Positions 13,660 to 24,929 of a stretch of DNA of 64,000 nucleotides are shown one piece after another. The DNA is from Octopus sinensis (Eukaryota): positions 23,808,001 through 23,872,000 of the forward strand of contig NC_043000.1 of the NCBI RefSeq assembly GCF_006345805.1, read 5' to 3'. Below the pieces are notes generated by a model, which was not told the origin of the DNA, did no database searches, and worked only from the letters and a program-made list of their open reading frames with translations. How positions within the stretch are numbered: the first letter of the stretch is position 1; every line of letters begins with the position of its first letter. The translations under genes and the position numbers were made by a program.

Positions 13660-14420
13660 ATATTTTGTTAAGGTTATTTCTACAGAGATTATAGCCAGCA
13701 CAGATTTTTTTGCTACAATGTTTCGTATTGAGACGTCAGATGTAAATGAACAATGAGATCGAAGACAAAAATGGGAAATGAGTGTATATGCCATATTTCA
13801 GGGGAGTTTTGCCCTTCATCAGCACCCATCAAACCCACTCTTGCCTCCAAACGCATTGCTTATACAGCCACCACATACAGTGGTGTTAAGTTATTGGATA
13901 TAGCAATTTACATATTAAACGCATTCCTTGAGCTGGTATGTAAACATTAATGATTTGTAGGCACATGGTATCTCATTATACAACCATATTATACTATTAA
14001 AGTATGTCAAATGTTTTTATAAGGCAACACTACGTTCTACTGTGTTAGCAGTGCTCTTTACATAATTTTGTTATGGTTATTATAGCCAACAAGGATTTTT
14101 TGATACAATGTTTCATATCAAGGCATCAGATGTAAACAAACAATGAGACTGACGAGAAAAATGGGTGATGAGTGTATATGCCATATTCTGAGGGTTTGTT
14201 GTATGTGGTGGCTATATAAGCAATGTGTTCGAAGACAAGAGTGGGTGCTGATAAAGGGGCAAAAATCTGTAAGGTTATTTCTGTAGAAATAACCTTAACA
14301 AGATAATGTAAAGAGCACTGCTAACACAGTAGAATGTGGTGTTGACTTACACAGACATTTAACACGCTTTATAGTATATCATGGTTGTATAACAAAATAC
14401 CCCATGCCAAGAAGTCATTT
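13660..14420. mobile_element. Rearranged Penelope-like terminal-repeat fragments (direct and inverted duplicates)
   Basis: ~13690-13800 recurs directly at ~14080-14190; ~13820-13880 recurs inverted at ~14200-14260; ~13960-14070 recurs inverted at ~14300-14410. Carries the hammerhead, a known feature of Penelope-like pseudo-LTRs. Confidence 0.6.
13777..13830 (-). ncRNA. Type I hammerhead ribozyme in a Penelope-like repeat fragment
   Basis: Minus strand GATGGGTG-CTGATGA-AGGG(CAAAACTC)CCCT-GAA-ATAT(GGC)ATAT-A|CACTCATT: intact CUGAUGA and GAAA core, 8-bp stem I (two G-U), 4-bp stem II, 4-bp stem III, AUA cleavage triplet (cut between 13785 and 13784). Confidence 0.75.
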
Positions 14421-14927
14421 ATGAAAATACAATGTCTTTATGAACAATTCTAACAAACTGATATAAATGAAAATATAAAAACACTAGAAAACACTAACAG
14501 CTATTGAATAACTAATTAAAGTGAGGTTAAGAAAATTCTTTAAATATCCATAAAAGACGACTAGAAACCACTTTAAAATGAATATATCTCTTCCATGCAT
14601 TCATTTTGAACTTGATCTGCTTTATCTGGGAATATATAAAATACTCCCAGCCCAGTAAAGGTATACATCCAACTGAGAAAGTAATTAATCTTGATAGTTT
14701 AATGAAAGTATGGGAATTTATGTTACCATGCTAACCAAAAATAGGTAAAAACTAAAAACTGAAAAAAAAAAATCCAAACTGATAAAATCAACTTGTTTAA
14801 TTAATAATGTCTAAATTCATGTTATAGCATCAAATTATCATTAAATTCAATTTTAATTTGATTAATTTTTTTCTCTTAATGATCATTGTTAGAAATATGT
14901 CAATTATCATTGTCATCATCATCATCA

Positions 14928-14959
<32 letters not shown>

Positions 14960-16514
14960 GTAGTAGTAGTAGTAGTAGTAGTAGTACATAATTAACAGGA
15001 AAAAAATGTTTTCAAAATTTCAGTCATATTAAATTTTGATGTAAAGCCTAATGTAGTGTAATTGAGTTATGTCATGCTGATGATTTCAAATAAGGATGAA
15101 ATGGCACTATACATGGCCACCTATGATTAGAATATTTAAGATTAATGTAACGAGAGAAAAAAAATTTTAAATGTATACTCTGCATCTTCATTACTCTTCA
15201 ATTTATGTTTCAAACTTCTAACCTCATCATGATTAATTTAGAAGTGATTACCTCCCCATAAAATAACAACTACCAGAGTATATCAAATGTTCTAATGATG
15301 TAGCAAAATATAGATTAGGATCTTATGAGATAATTAATATGATTAGTGTAAATCCTCGAGTATAGTCCGCCCTTGAGTATAATACGCAGGGGATTTTTAG
15401 GGGGCCGTACCTCTGAAAAGCCTAAATCTTGTATATAACATGCACCCCTTCTCTAACTTGAGTCGTGCGTAAGTAAGCCAGCAGTACCTAGTCAAACAAA
15501 CACTTCCGTGCATGTGTAATACAATAATGGTGATGTTCTTAACTGTTATATGGGAATGTAAATATGTTTGCAAATTGTTTTTGTTACAGGTTATTCTGTG
15601 TTCTGAATACTTATATTTTAATAAATGTTGCTTACTGCAAGTTATGGATGATTCTTTTATGACTTCATTGCTTTCAGGCTTACAACAATGAACATGACAT
15701 TTCTTATAAGAATGAGGAAATGAAATAAAAGAATGTGAAAGCATTGTGCAGCTAAATAACTATTTGTGTTTTATTTTTTATTTTATTTTTATTATTATTT
15801 TTTTTTTGCACTGTATGACACAGATCATGTCTTTTGTAAAAATCATATGGGAAACAACAAATAAAATTATCCAACAACTAAATTACAAATAGCAACCTTG
15901 AACTGATGAGAATGGGGGAAAATATTTAAATTATTGTCTGAAACCTGTGAGTCACAATCTAATGAAAGAAATTTTATGGAGGATAAAAATTAAATTGACA
16001 CGGGTTGTTACTGTGCATTCTGTCTCAAAACCTTTCATGTTAAGAAATCTTAAACTAGTGACAAGAGGCAATTACAAATTCTTTCTGCCAATGCTTTCTC
16101 TCAATAAGCACTTTACAATATTTTACAATACATAACAAATGTCTAAGATATAAATCTTAGGTCAACATAATAGAATTAAATTCATATGTTGTGGTAACAT
16201 GAGAACATTGTTTCAAGTAAAGCCCTTCATCAGAGAGTGAAATGGGGTTTTTTTTTTTTTATTTTTCCCCAATAATATACACAAGATGATTATAACTAGA
16301 ATACTGAACAAATAATGCAAGCGCCTTGTATTTAACCAGTCAACAAGAAAATAAATTGTTTTGGAAAAGAGTAAGTGCATAGTTACTTTCATTATGACAA
16401 ATCTGTTAGTGCTGTCTAGGCCACTAATGGTTATTTTACTACAGATTATAATCGAGAAACTAACAGTAATAACACAGCTTAATAAAATTACTTGAAGTTG
16501 TTACAAAAATATGA

Positions 16515-18146
16515 CTAAATATTGTGGGCCAGGTCGTGGTGTTCAATTGGTGGGAGCCAGGCAAATTTCCAAACTTCTGTTTCATTGGTTGGACCACAAT
16601 GAGGTACGTCTTGGTGTAACAAATGTTCTTTTACTTTATACATCTTGGCCATGTTTTGTTTGGAAGCATCACGATGCATGACGATTGGTTCAGGGTAATC
16701 TTTGCCAATAATACAATTAGCTTTCTCTTGAATTTCCAAAGGTGCTTTCCAGGGACAGAATAAGTATTTAAGTGGCATGTCTTTTAAGACGGGAACGTAG
16801 GTTTTCACAAAATCTCCATTTCTGTCCATCCGCATACCATACATAACAGGAGAGTAGCAGGTAGGACACTGAAGAGCTTTCTCAAAAGCTGAACTGGACA
16901 CCCACATCCAATTTCCAGCACAAACTGACCAATCTGCATCCAACTGGTATTTCAGAAAAGTTTTCAAACCATCTTCCCAACTCACCCAAAGATCACCTCT
17001 TGTCAAGAAACAAGACACTGCATGACGACCAACATGGTGATTCCAGCCTTCAAAGCGTAACTGATTCATGATTGCATCAATCCATGGGTAACCAGTTTGT
17101 CCCATTTCCCATTTCTTCAAAAACTCCTCATTATATTGCCAGTTGATTTTCAGACAATAAGGGTTGTTCTCAATTTTATCAAAATTGATGTTATCAATAG
17201 ACATAATATAGAAATACTCTCTCCAATAAAGTTGGCAAACAATCTCATTTGGAGCCTCGACATTCTTGATCTTTTTATAAGTATCACATATATCCCAATA
17301 AGTTTTACGGATTGATACGCAGCCAAAGCGGAGATAAGGACTTAAACTGACAGCTCTGGCCAGCAGTTCCGGTTGCTCTTGATGGTTTGGTAAGCATTGA
17401 CCGTGGCGGAAACTTTGGGCTTCTTTCTCTAAACGTGCTTTAAGTAGTACAAGAGCACGTTTTTCACCACCAATAAAAACGTTGATGGGGCTTTTCTGTT
17501 CTTCAAACTCAGGATGAATACCAAGTGATTTTAATGTTGGTACAGCAAATTTATCGTGGTTTTCTGGTAGTGGCATTTTAACTCCTTCAAAATTTGGTGT
17601 ATCAAGTGGGCGAAGGGGTGGTCCAAGAGAAGAAGTAACAAGCTGAAATAATTCAAAGGTCAATGGAGGTGTCCCTCCATTCTTTTTCAGTAAAAGTTGT
17701 GGATCCCACAGAGTATGAGAAGTGAAAAAATCACACTCGATACCTGATTTCTGACAAAATTTTTTCACAGCATCATCCCTTTCCAGCCATATTGGTTCAG
17801 GATCGATTTCAGCTGTGATATGAGTAATACCCCATTCTTTCTGAAGATTCTTAAAAACATCAATAGGGTCGCCTTGGAAAGTATAGAGCCTTCCACCATA
17901 TTCAGCAAATGATTCGTCCAGATCTTTCAGATTTTCTAATAGAAATCGCCATCTATTAAAACCACACAGTTTTGTACCAGCAACTTCTCCATCAAAGATA
18001 AAGACTGGATAGAATTCGTCACAGTCTTTCAGGGCATTCACAAGAGCAGGATTATCATGAAGACGTTGCCCATGCCTGAACCAATGAACAGCTATCTTTT
18101 GTTTCTTTTCGTGTTTCATCACGCCATTGCAGTCATTCATTGACAT
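16515..18146 (-). CDS. cry1: Cryptochrome, type 1 (Drosophila-type, light-sensitive); 543 aa; whole CDS in one exon
   Basis: Photolyase/cryptochrome motifs: HWFRHGQRLHDNPAL, SLSPYLRFGC, QLYWREYFY, GQTGYPWIDAIMNQL, GWNHH, FLTRGDLWVSWEDG, DADWSVCAGNWMWVS (Cys at the position of Drosophila C416), and tail PHCGPTNETEVWKFAWL resembling Drosophila PHCRPSNEEEVRQFFWL. A minus-strand acceptor (tatatttcag|, exon starts at 18153) lies 7 nt before ATG 18146, so the ORF-track start at 18170 is intronic. Confidence 0.96.
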   Translation of the reverse strand: MSMNDCNGVMKHEKKQKIAVHWFRHGQRLHDNPALVNALKDCDEFYPVFIFDGEVAGTKLCGFNRWRFLLENLKDLDESFAEYGGRLYTFQGDPIDVFKNLQKEWGITHITAEIDPEPIWLERDDAVKKFCQKSGIECDFFTSHTLWDPQLLLKKNGGTPPLTFELFQLVTSSLGPPLRPLDTPNFEGVKMPLPENHDKFAVPTLKSLGIHPEFEEQKSPINVFIGGEKRALVLLKARLEKEAQSFRHGQCLPNHQEQPELLARAVSLSPYLRFGCVSIRKTYWDICDTYKKIKNVEAPNEIVCQLYWREYFYIMSIDNINFDKIENNPYCLKINWQYNEEFLKKWEMGQTGYPWIDAIMNQLRFEGWNHHVGRHAVSCFLTRGDLWVSWEDGLKTFLKYQLDADWSVCAGNWMWVSSSAFEKALQCPTCYSPVMYGMRMDRNGDFVKTYVPVLKDMPLKYLFCPWKAPLEIQEKANCIIGKDYPEPIVMHRDASKQNMAKMYKVKEHLLHQDVPHCGPTNETEVWKFAWLPPIEHHDLAHNI

Positions 18147-18227
18147 TATTGATCTGAAATATAAAAGCAAATAAACATACTGAATAAAAACAAGTTGAAA
18201 ATTAAATTAGCTGATTCTATGGATAAA

Positions 18228-19169
18228 CCCTTTTGTTACCAACCCGGCTAAAACTGACTCTGGCTCTGTAATACAAATGTCTTGTTTTCATAAGTTTTGA
18301 ATTAAAATCTTCCACCAAACCTTAGTCACAATTTATGTTCCTAACACTAGCTGAATGATAACTTAGTTATTTTACTAAATTCTTTGTTATATTTAAAGCA
18401 ATTGAAAGAAACATAGAGCATCTCAACAGAAATATGGTAACAAAACGGTTAACAAATGATTAATTTAATCATTTCATTACCAACCCGACTGAAACAGGCT
18501 CTGGCTTTGTAATATAAACGTCTTGTTTTCATAAGTTTTGAATTAAAATCTTCCACTAAACCTTAGTCCCAATTAATGCTCCTAACACTAGCTGAATGAT
18601 AGTTAAGTTATTTTACTAAATTCTTTGTTATATTTAAAGCAATTGAAAGAAACATAGAGCATCTCAACAGAAATATGGTAACAAAACGGTTAACAAATGA
18701 TTAATTTAATCATTTCATTACCAACCCGACTGAAACAGGCTCTGGCTTTGTAATATAAACGTCTTGTTTTCATAAGTTTTGAATTAAAATCTTCCACTAA
18801 ACCTTAGTCCCAATTAATGCTCCTAACACTAGCTGAATGATAGTTAAGTTATTTTACTAAATTCTTTGTTATATTTAAGCAATTGAAAGAAACATAGCAT
18901 CTCAACAGAAATATGGTAACAAAACGGTTAACAAATGATTAATTTAATCATTTCATTACCAACCCGACTGAAACAGGCTCTGGCTTTGTAATATAAACGT
19001 CTTGTTTTCATAAGTTTTGAATTAAAATCTTCCACTAAACCTTAGTCCCAATTAATGCTCCTAACACTAGCTGAATGATAGTTAAGTTATTTTACTAAAT
19101 TCTTTGTTATATTTAAAGTAATTGAAAAAAAAAACAGAGCATCTCAAAATAAATACAGTAACGAAAGGG
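18228..19169. repeat. Tandem array of four ~241-bp piggyBac-like MITE units
   Basis: Anchor ccaacccg recurs at 18239, 18480, 18721 and 18959 (periods 241, 241, 238). Outer ends CCCTTTTGTTAC ... GTAACGAAAGGG are inverted repeats flanked by TAAA on both sides (18224-18227, 19170-19173). Confidence 0.85.
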
Positions 19170-19615
19170 TAAACAAATGTTGTCTGCATGTGTGTATGTG
19201 CATCAATAACATTCATGTGAGTGTGAGTATATGCTAGTGGCATTTATTTGAGTCTCTCTCTCTCTCACAGACGTGCTTTTATCACCTTTTAACACTAATA
19301 TAACAGAAGATAGTAAAATAAGTGATGCGAGAGTGTTTATATGTACCAGCAGGTTTCATTTGAATCCCTCTCTCCCCCTTACACACATATATTGCACACT
19401 TACTTTTATCATCCCCTTAGCCCTTTAATAGAAGCCAGAAGATAGATAAACAGATATGTGAGCGTGTATGTGCTGGTAGTGTCCTGTGGATCTCCCTCCC
19501 TCTCTTTCCCATCTCCCTCCCCCTCTCTCTCTCTCTCACACACATTATATCATCCCCTTTCTACACCATGACAGATTGTTTACACCACGGGGGGAATTTC
19601 TCATTAGCGTTTTAA

Positions 19616-19983
19616 TCTCTCTCCTTATAAAGCTGAAGTTGTCTGTGTATGGCAGGTTTGGTAGCCTTCAACTAACACCATCTCCTCCGAGACCCTGCGG
19701 CGATAGAAGAAGGCTTGCTCTTCCTTCCGTAGAAGAAAAAATTCAAATCGGACCAAGTTAACACCAAAAATTATTTACATCAAAAAGGTGCTTTTTTTCT
19801 ATGAAAATCCCTATTTTTTACGATTTTTTGACTGCTGTGTCAACATTTTTCGGTGTATTTCAACCAGAAAAATGTTCATTTAATGTTCAATAACAAGCTA
19901 CATAATGCAACTTCTTTACTTTTCAAAAATTCCAATTCTAAAAGGTCGAAACAAACCCATGCAACGCCGGGCGATATTGCTAG
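19616..19983 (+). mobile_element. Non-autonomous Helitron-like element
   Basis: A|TC 5' end, GC-rich subterminal segment (gcaacgccgggc) and CTAG|T 3' end. Confidence 0.7.
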
Positions 19984-21199
19984 TATATTACTAAAATTAC
20001 ATGTGATCAACGAAACAACATCATTTAAACAATTGTAGACGATTTTACGATCCTCCAGGTTATTTCTTTCATAGAATGGTGAAACAAAATTCTGCATTTA
20101 TTGTGCCTATTCGCAGCAGAAATGTAAAGAAAAAGATAAATATTAAAGCTACCATTACCATCAACAACAAAAATGACAACAGATAAGAAGAAACTATGTA
20201 TTGTAATTGACACGGCAAACCCATTTGAGACCAGAGGCGAAAGACAGTAGAGTTTTATCTTTTTTTTTTGTTTCAGTTATTAGACTGCGGCCATGCTGGG
20301 GTACCACCTTGAAGAATTTTTAGCCGAATGATTCAACCCTAGTACTTGTTTGTTTTTTGTTTTGTTTTTAAGCTTGGTATTTATTCTACCAGTCTCTTTT
20401 GCTGGACTGCTAAGTTATGGAGCTGTAAACACACCAACACTGGTTGCCTAGCAGTAATGGACACACATACACACACACACAACAGACTTCTTTCAATTTC
20501 TTATTTCTTTACTGCCCACAAGGGGCTACACACAGAGGGGACAAACAAGGACAGACAAAGGGATTAAGTCGATTACATCGACCCCAGTGTGTAAATGGTT
20601 CGCCATCATCAGGGACAAGGTATGAATATTTTAGACGGGGAAAATTTACAATTGCAGCATCAGCACATGATCTAAGATCAGGTCACTTGCCATGCAAGTA
20701 CTTCTCCAGAAGATTTACAGTTTACAAAGAATAGAACTCACAGTTTATAAGGAATAAAATAGAAGAATAAAGACTAAAATTAGTTAGAAGAATAAAGAGT
20801 AAAGAGTAAAAGTGGTTAGAAGAATATCGTAAAAGATGCATTGTGAACATTATTCTCCTTGCAGAGGAGATATCAAAGGACTGAGATACCTGTTGCCTTG
20901 CTGTACTTAAGAGAACCCGTATTCCACAGCAGAAATACTAATGCCACACCCCCTAATAAAAGGACTGGCCTGCAAGAGCCCTATGCTGGTGGCACATAAA
21001 AAGCATTCATGCCAGTGCCACATTAAAAGCACCCAGTAAAATGGTTGGCATTAGGCAGGGCATCCAGCAATAGAAACCAACCAAATAAGATCAGAACCTG
21101 ATGCAGCTCTCCTGCTTGCCAGTTCTGGTCAGACTGTCCAACCCATGCCAGCATGGAAAATGGACATTAAAAGATGATGATGATGATATATACACATAG

Positions 21200-21480
21200 T
21201 TTCCTGGCCCCTTGTTCTGAAAATTCTCAGAATCCAGCCAGCCATTTGCCTGCACATTGCCATCATCTTGGTGATATGCACATACACCAAGGTGTTGTTT
21301 CTCATATCAATCCCCAGATCACACACTGTACTAGACTGTGGGTTTGCCACTCCTTTTGCTCCAGAGAATCGTTGTTGCATGTAAGCAGAAGACAGCTGGT
21401 TACAGAAGGCTTAGAATTTCCCTGCATTAAATCACATGTTGTTTTCTTATATATAGTCTTTCTGTAGAAGGTTAGCCTCA
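21200..21480 (-). mobile_element. CR1/L2-group LINE fragment
   Basis: Minus-strand VCDLGIDM...RQMAGWILRIFRTR resembles the RT C-terminal region of CR1/L2-like elements. Confidence 0.6.
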
Positions 21481-21502
21481 AAAGGTTCCTTAAGTGCTTG
21501 TA

Positions 21503-21542
<40 letters not shown>

Positions 21543-24319
21543 CGGGAAGCTTTATGAAAATAAACAAAAGACGAAGGCAGGTGGAATACAAACAAACAAT
21601 TGTATTAGTATGGCGCTCAGGAATATAAATAAAACAAGTCTTTTACGTTTTGAGCCTACGCTCTTCAACAGAAAGATACACAGAAAAGAAACACGGAGAG
21701 AAAAAAAATGCGCGCAGAAGCTAGCGAATCAACATGGCGATATATATATCATCATGTCATCATCATCATTTAACGTCTGTTTTCCATGCTGGCATGGGTT
21801 GGACGGTTTGACTGGGGTCTGGGAAGCCAGGAAGCTGCACCAGGCTCCAATCTGATCTAGCAGTGTTTCTACAGCTGGATGCCCTTCCTAATGCCAACCA
21901 CTCCGAGAGTGTAGTGGGTACTTATTTACATGCCACCAGCACAGGGGCCAGAGGGGGCTGGCATTGACCATGATCGGATGGTGCTTCTTACGTGCCACCG
22001 GCATGGAAGCCAGTCAAGGTGGTGCTGGCATTGGCTACATTTGGATGGTGCTTTTTACATGCTGCCAGCACGGGGATCACAACTACAATTTCCATTTGAT
22101 TTTGATATATAATTGATAAGTTAAGAGATATTTCTTCAATAAATATATTGTAAATATATATATATATATATATATGCACACACACAAGCATATATAAATA
22201 TATATTACGTCCTAGCATGTTCACAGTCAAATGACTGCAGCAAGTAAAAGATAAAGCAAGTAAAAAGCACCATCCGAGCGTGATCGTTACCAGCGTCGCC
22301 TTACTGGCACATGGAAAAACATTCAAGTGAGGTCGTTGCCAGTGCCACTGGACTGGCTTCTATGCAGGTGGCATGTAATAAACACCATTTGAGCATGGCC
22401 ATTCCCAGCACTGCCTGACTGGCCCTCGTGCCACTACACTCTCGGAGTGGTTGGCGTTAGGAAGAGCATCCAGCTGTAGAAACTCTGCCAGATTAGATTG
22501 GAGCCTGGTGCAGCCATCTGATTTGCCAGTCCTCAGTCAAACTGTCCAACCCATGCTAGCATGGAAAGTGGACGTTAAACAATGATGATGATGATGATAT
22601 ATATATATATATATATATCAAGTGAAGTGCTATATCTTGTGTTTATTACATGAAGCACTTCTACAGATATCTGATATCTGAAAATTGAAAAGAAGTCCTA
22701 CGCAGCACATGGAAATTAATTAATAGTTGCTGACATGGTTACAACATGATGCAAGAAAAGCTACACTACATAAGGATGAAATGATTGTAAGCTATGCATG
22801 AAAATGATTTGCTAACTCCATTCTTTGATATTTGTTATCACATGCAAATATATACATGCATATTGTATTGGCTGTTTGTTTCTCTGAGATTGGTAAAATA
22901 GATGCAGATGTCCCTGATGAGAATCCAGTAAAAAACTATTCATATTGGCTAAATCACTCATTGTTGAAAGAAAGAAAGAAAGGAAGGAAGGAAGAAAAAA
23001 AAAGGAAAGAAAGAACTTGCCCGCTCGCTCACTCACTCACTCACTCTTCCTTCCAAACATATTGTGTCAAAGACTAAATTATTTGTCTGGGACTGTTATT
23101 TGTCCCAGACTATTATTTGTCTGGGACTATTGTATGATTTGTGGGAGATTTGGCTGGTATTTGTAGCAAGTCAAATAACAGCAATTTCTTTGTTGGTTTG
23201 AAAAGGTGATTGTCAAAACATTAGGAAGATGTCAACAGAGGTCAGGTTGGAGTTAAAATGCAGGGAATTACAACAATATTCAAAATGTAGAAAATCTATA
23301 AATAAATATGAGTTAGAGATGGGGGAAACACAGAAATTTCGGGAAGATTCCTTTAAACAAGCACCCAAAAATGTAAGAAGGGATGAAAAGGAATTCAGCT
23401 CTGAAAGTAGCTAAGGGCAAAATGTGTAAATAAGACACACATACACACATGCATGCACACACTCACTCTCTCATACAAACACACGCTCTCTCTCTCTCTC
23501 ACACACACATGCATGCACGCACACACTCTCTCTCGCACACACACACTCTCTCTCACACACTCTCTCTCACACACACACACTCTCTCTCACACACGCATAC
23601 ATGCACGCACACACTCACTCTCACACACACACATACATGCACACACGCATTCTCTCACACACACACACACACAATATATATATATATGCGCAGTAGCAAC
23701 AGAGTGACTCAAGGGCCAAGAGTTTCAATGCACAAAACTCTCAGACCTCGGGTCACTCTGTTGCTTCTGCTAAATATTAATAAAAATATTCATATACTCA
23801 TATTTTGAGTTCTATTTTCCCTGTTTGCAATATCATACTTTTATGTATATATATATATATATATTTATATTACTCTTTACTCTCTTTTATTTGTTTTAGT
23901 CATTTGACTGCGGCCATGCTGGAGCACCACCTTTAATCGAGCAACTCGACCCTGGGACTTATTCTTTTGTAAGCCCAGTACTTATTCTATTGGTCTCCTT
24001 TGTCGAACTGCTAAGTGACGGGGACGTAAACACACCAGCATCGGTTGTCAAGCAATGCTAGGGGACAAACACAGACACACAAACACGCATACATATATAC
24101 ATATATATGACAGGCTTCTTTCAGTTTCTGTCTACCAAATCCACTCACAAGGCTTTGGTCAGCCTGAGGCTATAGTAGAAAACACCTGCCCAAGGTGCCA
24201 CACAGTGGGACTGAACCCAGAACCATGTGGTTGGTAAACAAGCTACTTACCACACAGCCATTCCTGCATATATATATATATATATTAATTGAAGTGTACG
24301 GTATTATTTATCCATTATG

Positions 24320-24410
24320 GCTGATCTTACCAATTGGTTTCGCACTAGGAGTTCAATTGAGCGTTAGGTAACAGTCTAATTATGTAACCCTGCGTTCTTC
24401 AGAGGTAGCT
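24320..24410 (-). ncRNA. Hammerhead-like motif with long stem II (Penelope-like remnant)
   Basis: Minus strand CTGAAGA (24402-24396), extended stem II (GCA-GGGTT ... AACTCC-TAG-TGC), then GAAACC-AATT-GGTA: palindromic stem III with GUA triplet. Stem I is weak. Confidence 0.5.
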
Positions 24411-24467
24411 GTTATAGAATGAAATATGGCGATGTGTGTGTGTAGATAGATAAATAAATAGATAAAA

Positions 24468-24887
24468 ACCTGTTTCACATGATTACTGATCATCTGATTT
24501 CAGCCTGTCACTAGATACTAATCAAGGAAACTTAGAGAGTGGTATTCATGTTGTACAAGTGCTTATCTCTATAATCCAATGATGTACAGATGTCTCTTTA
24601 TGTTGACCTCATATGTTATTCCATTTACTGGAAGTGTTATGGCAACGGAAAAGTGAAGTGTGAAGACCTAACCAGTTATAAAGATGCAGCAAGCTACAAT
24701 TTCTGTCTGTCACCTATACTCCAAACCATGCAGATCTGCAACAGGGCTAAATCTTTGTCTGAGAGGTCATGGATGGAATGTCAGAAATGCTATTGACAAG
24801 AGGATGCAGAAAGAGATGGGAATCATCTCTGAAGATTGGATAATCACCATATATACACAAACATACATATATATATGTGTGTGTGTG

Positions 24888-24929
<42 letters not shown>

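Noticed and set aside
16198-16240. Hammerhead-like CTGATGA-AGGGCTTTACTT-GAAACAATGTT on the minus strand in the cry 3' UTR
   Set aside because: Core words and weak stems II and III are present, but stem I cannot pair (CACTCT versus CTCATG), so no cis-acting ribozyme is supported.
18147-18170. N-terminal extension MLLYFRSI of cryptochrome
   Set aside because: Starts at a non-ATG codon inside the polypyrimidine tract and acceptor; first ATG is at 18146.
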